Shown here: piece after piece, positions 13,801-26,202 of the stretch
Layout of the letters: each line of letters opens with the position of its first letter
Numbering within the stretch: the stretch's first letter is position 1
Notes under the pieces: generated by a model
The model's input: the letters and a program-made list of their open reading frames with translations, nothing else
Database searches by the model: none
Told to the model about the DNA's origin: nothing
Position numbers and translations under genes: made by a program
NCBI GenBank assembly: GCA_001938485.1
Contig: MQRK01247877.1
Span: forward strand, 95,517 to 145,835
Source of the DNA: Girardia tigrina
Taxonomy: Eukaryota
Reading direction: 5' to 3'
Length of the DNA: 50,319 nt

Positions 13801-16800
13801 AATAAATTATCCGTGTTTGAGACAAAATAACAAAAAAGTGTAATGTGGTATTTGCAATGAATTAACAAGAAATTATAATTTTTATGTAGGATTGACTTTG
13901 TAGTCTTATTATAGAATAGTATTGAATAGAATTAATGTTTTTATAAAATCAGTTGGATCATAATAAAACCTATCTGCTTTATGACCCAACCAGATTGTTA
14001 CACCAACCGTATATAACAATGTATAAAAAATTATTTTAGGATTGATCCAATAAAACACTTAATCTGTAAAATTTTTGTAAACAATTCCTTTCGTATAATA
14101 TATTATTAATTAATTAATAAGTATTAGTCTTTGTGTTCATTCAAAAACACGAAGCAAAATATCACATACAAACTAAATTAAAATAATATAAGTTAACCCT
14201 GGTCATGCGAAGGTCAATAATTTCTCTTTAAAAACTAATCTAGTCTAAATTATGAAGCTAAATAACTTAATTATATTTCAGATTAGTTGTCAAGATCATA
14301 TTAAAGACATTCTTCAGAAACCTCCTGAAGATAGGTCTAATCAGGAAAATGAAACAATTATGAATGTCATTCAGAATATCCCAGTGAGTATCACTTTTTA
14401 GTTTATTCGGTTTTTATTAGATAACTTCAATCTATCTATTATAGAAAATAATTTATAAATTAGACGTGAAAAATTATAATCTTATAAAAAATCTTGTTTT
14501 AATCAATCTTTTTATAAATTATAATTCCTAGAGTATATGTAACTTGTTATGATACATTTATTTAAATATATAGGACTAAATATATTCGCATGCTTTGCAT
14601 AAAAACATCTTAAGTTTTTTATTTGCATTGTCATATTTGAAAAAAACTAATACGTCTTTTTTCGTTTTATTACGTATATGATCAAATAAATGCAAAGAAT
14701 TTTTAATACTGTGAGAAGTGGTTGCAACCTCAACATCAGGATTCATTTTTTTAACACCAAAATTTATTAATATAACAATTCACATATTTAAAAAAAATTT
14801 TCCTGTTAATTTAATTATGTCGACCCAAATTAATCTATTAAATTCTTTTCGATTTAATTTTTAAAATCCTGAAAATTTATTTCAAAAATTATTTAAACTT
14901 TATTTTCAAAATTTATTTCAAANNNNNNNNNNNNNNNNNNNNNNNNNNNNNNNNNNNNNNNNNNNNNNNNNNTATTTTTGTTTTCTTGACATTTTTAATT
15001 TTAAGATATTTAATAGATACATTAAAAGATATTTTTTATTTTTAAATATATATTTTATTTTTTATGATTTTCTTTTATTATATCATTTTTATTTTTTTTT
15101 TAAAATATTTAAAAACACATTAAAAATATTTTATTTTTAAAAACGTTTTTGATTTTTAATAGTTGTTTTATTATATCATTTTTAATTTTAAAATATTGAA
15201 TAAGCATATTAACATAAAAATATTTTACCCTTTAAATTAAAAAATAATAAATTATTCAGGCGAGATAAAAATTTAAATCAACCCCTCATATCCCCCTTCT
15301 TTAAGAATTTTCTCAATTTTTCCACGTTTCGATCTAAAATTCTTCCATCTTCATTTATTAGTTTATACCTTCTATCGTGTGTAAAAAAAAGTTAAAAAAA
15401 TAAAAAGTTTAATCTCCAGGTTTCACTTCAGTATTCATTATAACAACAAGTATAATTTATTAATTATTTACAATCTTTTTAGAATACTTAAACAAATAAT
15501 AATCAAAACTTTCCCTTCTTTTATAATTCGTTATTCACTTTCTTAATCCACTCAATGCTTCGACGAATTATTTTTCCATCTTTCAAATTCTGTAGTTCCA
15601 ATTGGTGTGGCGATATATGTCTTAAAATTTGGTACGGTCCATCGAATGGGAAGGTGTCCTTTCTCAGTTTTGTAGGATCTTGTTTTATAAAGACTTTCTG
15701 ACCATCCTCGAAATGTCGATTTGTTCTCTTCTCTCTCTCCCAATTTTCCATTCGTCTTGCCGCTTTTTCTAAAGTTTCTCTTACCTTCATTTTGATCACG
15801 TTGCTTTCTTCCTTTTTAGCTATTCCTGCTGCAGCATGTAAGTTTATTTTTCTACCAAACACAACTTCGAAAGGCGAATATCCGGTCGTACTCTGAACTG
15901 TTGCATTTAGACAGAATTCTATCTTCGGAACAATCTGATCCACCACGACCAATAGATATGGGTACATGTTATTCTTGTCACCCACATATGCGATATCCAT
16001 CACGACTTGCTCTAAAAACTCGTCACTTCGTATTGGAATCAACTTCTCTTTTGTTTTTTCACTTGGAATTTTTCTGCGTATACATTCCTGACATTCTCCT
16101 ATAACGATTTGCACCTCTTTCGCTAAATCTGGTATTATAAAATGATTTTGCATGTACTTCTTTGTCTTTTTGATACCTACATGACATAAATCTCTGTGTA
16201 TTTTCCTGATGAAATCTCTTCTAATTTGCTTCGTAACCAATGGTAACACACAATTTCATTCTTGCCTACCCCATAACCCATTCTAATAAACTAATTGGTC
16301 CTTTAGTTGTAATAACTCCTTGGTGATTTCATTCTTTTCACCCTCTGCCATCTTCTGTATTTGTTTCAACTGGTTCAACTCTGAGCACTTTTCTTGTTCG
16401 TCTTTTATCCATTGAATTGTAGACTGAATCACCACTGTATTGATGTGTTTCACCCTTGCTTTTGTTGATTTTGGTTCTTCGTGTTTTGTTTCACACTGTG
16501 TGTAAAGGCCTAAATACTTGGATGACTACGTCGTAGATAGAGATTCGGGTACGGACGAATCTGGTGGGGATGTGCGATGAGATGATAATCGAAAATAATA
16601 ATCTCGTTAATTCGATTTTTATATTTGGTTTAAATATTCCGGTCTTTGAGAAAAACGTGTTTTTTCTATTTAATACAATTGAGGAACTTGTTATTCATTA
16701 TCATTGTTAAGAGAACTCACACATTTGGCAGAACATTTATTACATTCACAATTTTTATCATCTTTATGATGATCAATAGTATTGCTTTCACTTAGATCCA

Positions 16801-19800
16801 TCAATCAATTTTCAATATCTCCCATTATAATCTGAACTAACTTGATNNNNNNNNNNNNNNNNNNNNNNNNNNNNNNNNNNNNNNNNNNNNNNNNNNNNNN
16901 NNNNNNNNNNNNNNNNNNNNNNNNNNNNNNNNNNNNNNNNNNNNNNNNNNNNNNNNNNNNNNNNNNNNNNNNNNNNNNNNTAATAAAAACTAAAAATTTG
17001 AATATTAAATCTAAATTTAAATAAATTAGTTTCAGATTATAAAAAATTAAATATTGATAATCCATCTGGTTAGGAGAGGCACAATCCAAAATCAACATAA
17101 TTCATAAACATACACACACCAAATATTCCTCACAGTCATTCTCTACAACAATTTATTTATAACAACAATAAAATACACAGGTGTAAATACGATTATGATA
17201 TAGTGCTAAAATAAGGATAATAATCCGAGACAATCGATTAATAATGTCAAACACTCAAATGCAACAACACAATAATTACAACTATATAATTTACCAAATC
17301 AAAATTACTGTGAATAGACTCACAAAATTTAGAATACAATAATCAATCGACGAATCACAATAAATTCACCCGTTTCAATTTTCACACACCAAATAAAAAA
17401 ATTCGATATTTAAACAAAAATTAAAAAATCCATTATTTACTAAATTCATATTTTATAAATTCTTTTGAGGAACTTTCCTAAACTTGTTAATGATAAACTG
17501 AACTTGATTTTTTTATTATTTTATAAATTTTTATTTACTTTAATTTATTACTTAATTTTTTCCAGATATTCTTTACTAGTTAATTAATTCAAAAATTTAT
17601 AATGCTCAACGTAACCCTAACAGAAATCAAATTCAAATTTAAAATATTTAAGTATCATTCTAAGTAATAATTTAATGTAATTCATAAAAGTAAAATTTAT
17701 ATTAGTAAAAAAGGGAATTTAAATGTAAAAAACCCTGAATAAATGAATAAATATAAAAAATAAATAAAAAAATTTAATAAGAAATTTAAAAAATAATGGT
17801 AAAATTTTATAATTAAGAACGCCATTAAAATCAAATTTGTGATTTAATCAATAATGCCTCACAAGTAAATCTTTTCTATTTTAAAAAAACCTGTCGAAAA
17901 AAGAAATTAATGTTTGTAAATTTGATAAAGGTAATGGTTTAGTTGTTTTGGATAAATCTGATTATCTTAATAAGATTCATGAAGTGTTAGAAGGTCCACA
18001 ATTCAAAAAATTAGATAATTTTCGAAAAAATGGGAAACTTCCACCATTGAAAGATGAGGAATGTCTACGTTCTCTTTTGAAAAAACTTTGTAAAAACGGT
18101 CACATGGATAAGAAGTTAGAAAAACTTTTATGTCCTACTGGTTCCCAGCCTGCTAAACTTTATGGTCTTCCTAAGGTACATAAGGATGGGATTCCAATGA
18201 GACCTGTTTTATCCATGATTCAAACATCTCAATACTGTATTGNAAAATTTTTGGATTCGAAATTAAAACGTTTGATTTCCTCTGAGTTCCAGTGTAAGGA
18301 TAGCTTTGAATTTGTTGAATTTATTTCTAACTTTGATTTGGGTAATGAAAATGAATTCATGGTTTCTTTTGACATTGGAAGTCTTTTCACCAATGTCCCA
18401 TTGATGGAAACAATTGATCTATGTTGTGATCTCTGGAAATGTAATAGTGGTAAGCATGATAGTCTTGATGAGTTTGCTTTTCGTGAATTACTTACTTTTG
18501 CAACATCAAATGTTCATTTTTTGTTTAATGATAATTGGTTTAAACAGGTAGATGGTGTTGCCATGGGTTCCCCTTTGGCACCAACACTTGGATCCATTTT
18601 TCTGTCTAATATTGAAAATAAAATTCACTTGTTCATGGGTGTTAGACCTTTAGCTTATAAGCGATATGTTGATGATATTTTTCTTGTTTTCAAAGAGCGT
18701 GAAAATATGTTGCCGTTTTTAGCTTATATGAATTCCCTTCATTCTAATATTATTTTCACGGTTGAGCTTGAGAAGAATGGTGTTTTACCATTTTTAGATT
18801 TGTTAATCGAGAGAAAAGGGAGTCATTACGAGACAGAGATTTATAGAAAGAAAACAGATACAGGTTTATATAATACTACTAAAAGCTTCTGTGAACCTAA
18901 GTACAATAGAAGTATGATAAAGGGTTTGTTATTTAGGTATTGGTCTCTATCATCAACATATGAAAAAGCAGATGCAAGCATAGATAAACTAACAGAACTA
19001 TTGCAGAAAAATGGCTATTCGAAATCATTTTTAGAGAAATTAACTAATGAGACGATAGATAAATTAATGAATAAAGAACATGAGGATAAAGACGAATTAA
19101 AACCCGATAAATTATCTAATGAAAATTTTAATATTGGATATACGCTAATCGTTCCTTATTCAGAGGGTTACAAAAAATTGAAATCGTCTATTTTAAAATC
19201 AATCGATAGAAAAAATTTGAATTTAAAAATCAGTTCTAAATCTTACTAAATTCAAAGTATATTCAGCAATAAATCTCATACTCCTTTGAGTTTATGTTCC
19301 AATCTGGTTTATGAATTTTCGTGTAATGGATGCAACGCTACATACATTGGAGAGACGTCTCGTCCTCTCTGTAAACGGATTCAGGAGCATGGACGATTGG
19401 GTAGTGGGAGTAATATTGCTGGACATATGAAGGGTTGTAAGTCGGAGGTGAAAACAACTAATTTTAAAATATTGTGCAGTAATTTTAAAAATTATTGAGA
19501 AAGAGTTACTTGAGGCATTATTGATTAAATCATTTAATCCGTCCATTAATGTACAAACAAGTCTCTCTTCCAATTTGTTGAAAATATTTAATTAGTTATT
19601 ACGCAAGATGTTTGCATAATCATCAATTTGTTATATATAAGACAGCGAAATTGTTGTTAATTCAGCCTGAAGATTGTGGAAAATCCACCGAAATATATTG
19701 CAATAAAATTTGATTTTAATGGCGTTCTTAATTAAAAAAAAATTTATTTTTTTTAGATTCTAATGTTTCCTTTTATTGAGGTTTATTCTAAACTTAGTTA

Positions 19801-22800
19801 TTCTGTTTAGAATATAAAAAACTGCAGTTATATTTTACACAACCCAATGTAGTTTTAATTTGGGAATTTCGGTCCATCTTTTCATTTTTAAGATAATTAT
19901 TTTAACCTAATTGAACGTTTTGTATATATCGGATTCGAAGTACTAAAGAACCAATCTTACTTACCCAAAGGATGTTGTTATCATGATATGAATAAAATTT
20001 ATGGGGTACCTGGACATTTAAAAGTAAGGTAACTAAATTGTTCGAATTAATTTGACCCACGTTAAATATCATTTAACACAATGTATTTAAACAAAATATT
20101 TTTATAATTATTGCACTTTTAATGATATATTTTTAAAAAACTAATTTATCATTATATTAAAACACTGTTATCAGTTTTAATTTCAGTTTCACATTTTAAA
20201 ACTATTCCGTAGTATATTTCAGACGAATCCTTTTTGAGCATCTGTTTGTTCTATTTATTAAACGAATCCTCTTCTAGCAGATATTAAATAAATAAATTGT
20301 TTGCAACTGAAACAACCGAAAAATTAGCAATTTTTATTGATTCTCTTTTCAATCCCATTTGAGTAAATACCTGTTTTCCCTATTTGCAATCTTTATTCAC
20401 TTGCTTGGATTTTACTAAGGCAAATTTACTTCTGTATGTTAGGATTTTTCGAATATATGTGGCAAATGTATTCTTTCTGCGTCATAAACATTTGCTGTTA
20501 GTTGGATTTATGAGAACAATTCTACGACGGTTTTAAATTCAAATCTGAAATTAAGTTCCTAATTTAAAAAAATTAGAATATGTACGATTAAATCGAGTCG
20601 ATTCTCTTTTTCTAAAGCATTTTTGTTTTTTTTATAAAACTTTTGTTTTCACTATTCAACTTTTCATTATATAAAATTCCCAAAACATTGAGCCTAAATG
20701 TACTGATTGCTTACATATAATATTATTTGTATTTACATATACATTGTTATTGTAGTGATAAAAAACGGCTTCCAATGAAATCTATTTAACCATAAACTGA
20801 TGAATAAACAAACCAAAAACATTAATCATTTATTATTATTGACACTATTCGATTTCCTATTCGAATATTACTTTAAAAATAATAATCTTCAGTATACTTT
20901 ACAACTTTATTATCATTTAATATTTTCAGATAGCAATAAATCCCTATTTAAAAAGAAAATATAGTGGTAAATTAATACAAATTTTATTATAAATATTCTT
21001 ATTCTACATTAAAACAAACTAGGCCAAGTAAATTGATTTTGAAAATGCCCAAACGAAAAAAGAAGCGAAATGTGCATCGCTTTTACATAATGAAGATTAA
21101 TAATATGTGAAAACGTTTTTCCACGAAGATTTCATAAATCAAGTTGATTCTTTTTTTACGAAGTCCATAAATTAATGACTGTCCTATTTTCGTCATTTTC
21201 TCATATGAAATGCAATTAACAAAAAATCTTCTGATTATGCAGTCTGTCAAATGAATACATGAACTAAGGTCGGAATAAGTTAATTTTACATAATTTATTG
21301 TAGAACCATCTTATATCCTTCAAAAGATCCACCGTACTCATATATGCCATTGCCCTTACTCCGTTTTTATTGCTCAGAACATCGATGAAAGTCATCAAAA
21401 GTAAAGTTTTTCAACTATCTTCACGTTTCACGTTTTAGCTCTTCTCATCATCCCATTAACACGCATGACTCTTGCCTTTTATGAATAATGGAAAAATCCA
21501 GGGAGTTAAGTCTGGCGAATAGGGAGGTTGATCTATCATTGTGAAAGAATTACGGACCAGAAATTCAGAGATAATGACTGATGCAGCAATCCATCAATGA
21601 TCCATTTACCTTTTGGTATGCATCATTAATCATTCGAACTTTAAATTGGCGTTCGGAGAAAGCACAATTAATTTTACTTTTATCCTAATTTTTATTGGTT
21701 TATTACTTCCAAAGGCTTCCTTTAGACGAATAATTCGAAAACCATTAAAAACTAGTAAGCAAGACAATGCTAACATAATATTCAGGACTTACATTTATTA
21801 TTATTATATTATGATGATAATAATTATTATTATCATTTCGATAAATTATTAATAAATTCTTGGCAAAACTCTATTTTGTGATACAATATTTCATTAAATT
21901 TTTAAAATAATTATTTTAAAAATGAGAAATACCGCAAAAATAATAATTTAAACTATTTTTAAATGTATAGATTTCTATGACATGAGTATTTTCCAATACT
22001 TAATCTTGTTCTAAAGTACAGGGTGAGTCAGAAGTCACAGGGCAGTCATTATATTAGTGATCCAAGTGTACAAAAATGAGTTTACATTGATCAGTCATTT
22101 GATTTCTTGGTATAAACTCACTAAGAAGATCATGTGAACACATCTTACAAATAGTCTATTTATGTCGATAATTTCATATTTACAGTCGATAATTTCATCA
22201 TTTAACAGACCTTAAAAATGGCAGAGTCAAATAATTCCAAACTAATAACTGAAGAACGCGTATTTCTCATAAAAAAACATTTTATAAAACGGACAACAAA
22301 AGTGAAACATGTAGACGATTCCAAGAAAAAATTGGTAGGGCGGTTAAAAGAGACACAATAGCGAATCTAATTTACCGCTTTGAAATAACTGGTTCATGTG
22401 AAGATATTCCTAGATGTGGTAGACCTAAATCTGTTTGCAACTCTGAAAACAGACAAATTATTACATATAGTTTTACGAATAGTCCTCGAAAATCCACCAG
22501 ACGAGCATTACAAGAGCTTAGCATTTCTCAAACTTCCATTGTCAGGCTCCTGCACGATGCTCATTTAAAACCTTACCGTCCACATTTACTCCACTCCTTG
22601 AATGAAGATGATTATGACCGTCGAGTTGAATTCTCTCAGATTTTTCAACAACTTTGCCATGAGGACGCTACATTTCCGGAGAAGATTATTTGGAGTGATG
22701 AAGCAACCTTCAAGCTTAACGGACAGGTCAATCGTCACAATTCTGTTTACTGGGCCCATGAAAATCCGCATGAAATCCTACAAAAAGAAGTCAACGCAGT

Positions 22801-25800
22801 TGGTGTCGCAGTTTGGATTAGAATCACTGCTTCAGGTCTGGTAGGGCCGTTTTTCTTTGAAGATTATGTGACAGGTGATAGTTACGTGTCAATGCTTAAC
22901 AATAATTTTATACCCTGTGTGAAGAACTGTCCGCTTGGGGAGATGTGGTTTCAACAAGATGGTGCACCGCCCCATTACAGCATTGTAGCGCGAAACTGGC
23001 TCAACGACAACTTTCCAAACAGATTGATTGGTCGTCGCGGTTCCATCGAGTATCCTCCTCGCTCTCCAGACCTTACTCCTCCTGATTTCTTTCTTTGGGG
23101 TGTGTTAAAGAATTCAGTGTATGCCGATAAGCCGGGAAAAATAGATCAACTTGTGGCAATGATAATGAATTCTTGCACAGAAATTAGTGATGATTTATGC
23201 CGAAGTGCTTGCTATTCTGTCGTTCGAAGGACTGCAAAATGCATTGAAGAAGGCGGCCAACATTTTGAGCCTTTACTCCGTTAGATTATGTACACAATTT
23301 TAATGTAATAATAAATTGAATTTTTAAAGCCTGTGTCGTTTTGACTGCCCAGTGACTTCTGACTCACCCTGTACTTTGACAAGTGAAAGGTACTTTTTTT
23401 CAGATAAGACAACCTTATTGACATTTTGAGTAGGCAAGTTTGTTGCTGCCTCATAAATCGTATGGTTTTATATAAGTTTGGAGTATTTGTTATTATTATC
23501 ATTTAAAGATGTTTTTTATTTAATTTTGTATTTGATAGTTATTTTCCCTGTGGACTCAATCCTTACGTTATGCAGCATGCAAGTTGGCCAAGCTTGAAGT
23601 AGTTGAAAAATCTCAGACCATTTTAATAAAAAAAGACGAGGCATTAGCCAATTGGATATACTGTTTACAAGGTACTCTTGAAGTAAGAAGATCTATCGAG
23701 AACCGAAATCAGGATTCAGATAAACATTTGGGAGAAGTATTAGAAACTCTTCGTTACAGCGATAGTTTTGGTGCAGATTTAAGAAAATCAGAACCACAAG
23801 TATTGATTCTGCATTGATATTATTTTTGTATATTACCTTTGATTTTCTTTGGTGTATAAAATATTTTAGGTCAGCAAAGTGTTTTTGGTGACTACATCCA
23901 ATGATTGTTGGTTAATGTTGATCAATTGGAAGGATTTTATGGCAGTAAAATCTCAGGAATCAACTACTCTTAGTCAAATCGTTGAAAATAATAAAACTGT
24001 GATGGTAATTGAATGTAGAAGCGCTATGGATGGTAACACAAAAGGACCAGTTTTAGTGAAAGTAAGGATCTGATAAATTTTATTTAATTGTAATGAATGT
24101 GATGATAAACAGTAATGATTAGTCATTAAAATTAAAATTTACACAATAATTATTATGAGACAGTAATTAATTTAGTTCGCTGATCAAAATTTAAATGGTT
24201 TAAAAAAATTGTTTTGAATTAAAATCAAACTGAAAATTTTAAAAATTAAATGATAATTAAATATTTTAACTTTGAATTTGAAAATATTATGTATAAAATA
24301 TTATTTTGAATTATTAGAATATTATTTGATATTTTGAAATATTATTTGTATTATTTTTAAAATATTATTTGAGCAAAAAATGAATGGATTAAAACAGAAA
24401 ACAGATAGAACAGTATTTAAAAAAAATAATCATTTTATTTGAATTTTATTAAAAATTTTAAAAGTAATTAAGGATAAGATTAAAAATTAAATATTTTGAA
24501 CATAAAACAATTAAATATTAAATATAAAGTATTTTTAAAAAAAATTTAAAATAATAAAAATAAATTACATGTTTTTTTATAAAAAAATGCAAAATTTAAA
24601 AAACAGAATTTAATATTTCATTTGAAAAACAAAGTTTTAAAAACAACATAAAAGGCTAAAATAAACAACAAATTAAAAAAAATAAATATTCCCATTAAAA
24701 ACTAAATATACGTAAATTATTAATTTTCATAAATATGTTTTAAAAATTAAATATTATTTTGATTGCAATTTGAGATAATTTAGAAATTATTTGAAAATAG
24801 AGATCAGCGGATTAATTATGAATTAAAGAAATAGTTGAAAAATTTGTTTGAAAATTGTTTTATAATAAATAAATTTTGGTGTTAAAAATGAATTCTGATA
24901 TTGATGTTGCAACCACTTCTCGCAATTATAATAACAAATAATTTATTTTATTCATAATTTTAAATAATTTGTTTAATGATTTTTTAAAAAAATGTATTTA
25001 GTAATGAAATAAATGAAAAATTAATGATAATCATTTCTTCATTATATCATAATAAAAAAGGTATAAAATGAATATTCAATGATCTTTATAGCATTAGGCC
25101 CTTAACGCGTAGACCCGAGTAGGACTCGGGTATGGAATTCTGGCAAATTTGTGCAAGCCCGAGTTCAGTTCGGGTGTCTCATATGTTTTTGCTATTCTTC
25201 TATGCAGCAACGTTTTGTTTTGTTTTTCTCTGTTTTTTTATCTAATTGTATTTGTACATTGATTAACAGTTCTAAAAAAATGTTTTTTGGACCGTTTACA
25301 GGAAAAAATGCGCGTTAATGGGTTCAATGAGTATTATGTCTTAAATGTAATTTATAATGTTGTAAATTAATGCATTATTATAATTCAAAATTACTAGACA
25401 TCCATACATGACACTTAATTAATCTCTTTTTAACATGAACATAATATATAAATTAGAACATAATATATAAATTAAATTAAACAATATATAAAAAAGATTT
25501 TAATTTTGGATTAGTGTTCAGTTTCTGAATAAACTCTTGTCGATACATTGTAATGTTTCACTACGATAACATGAGTTTGGTTTTGGATTTTAGAAATTAT
25601 TAATCTTTTAAAAATCTCAAATAATAAACGTTCGACGATATATTTCACTTAATTTTCTACAAATTTTCAATTAGATGCTCTATCAAATTTCGATTAAATG
25701 CTCGACACATTTTCAATCAAATAATTCCAAAAAAAATTAAATGTAACATAATAATAAAAATGTCTGGCCCAAGGCTCACTCTGATTGATCAACCAATCAG

Positions 25801-26168
25801 AGCTAGCTATTTCATTAAATCACCCGATTCAACAAAAAACAGCACATACATACTAGAATTGACTCGATTCAATGAGTCATCATATTTCTCATTTTTTCAA
25901 ACTGTTCACTTGAAAAAAAGAACAACACTCAATCATTTAAAATCACAACTCTAAATTCTCTTCNNNNNNNNNNNNNNNNNNNNNNNNNNNNNNNNNNNNN
26001 NNNNNNNNNNNNNNNNNNNNNNNNNNNNNNNNNNNNNNNNNNNNNNNNNNNNNNNNNNNNNNNNNNNNNNNNNNNNNNNNNNNNNNNNNNNNNNNNNNNN
26101 NNNNNNNNNNNNNNNNNNNNNNNNNNNNNNNNNNNNNNNNNNNNNNNNNNNNNNNNNNNNNNNNNNNN

Positions 26169-26202
<34 letters not shown>

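Larger units (their letters stand above)
17810..19734 (+). mobile_element. 5'-truncated Penelope-like retroelement (RT + GIY-YIG) with 3' pLTR and inverted tail
   Basis: DKG motif, LYGLPKVHK, SFDIGSLFTNVP, GVAMGSPLAP, RYVDD, LPFLD, YRKKT; GIY-YIG LVYEFSC..C.ATYIGET; 29-bp inverted repeat 17810-17838/19706-19734. Confidence 0.95.

Noticed and set aside
16805-17098. ORFs containing X runs (also 25943-26206)
   Set aside because: Artefacts of assembly gaps
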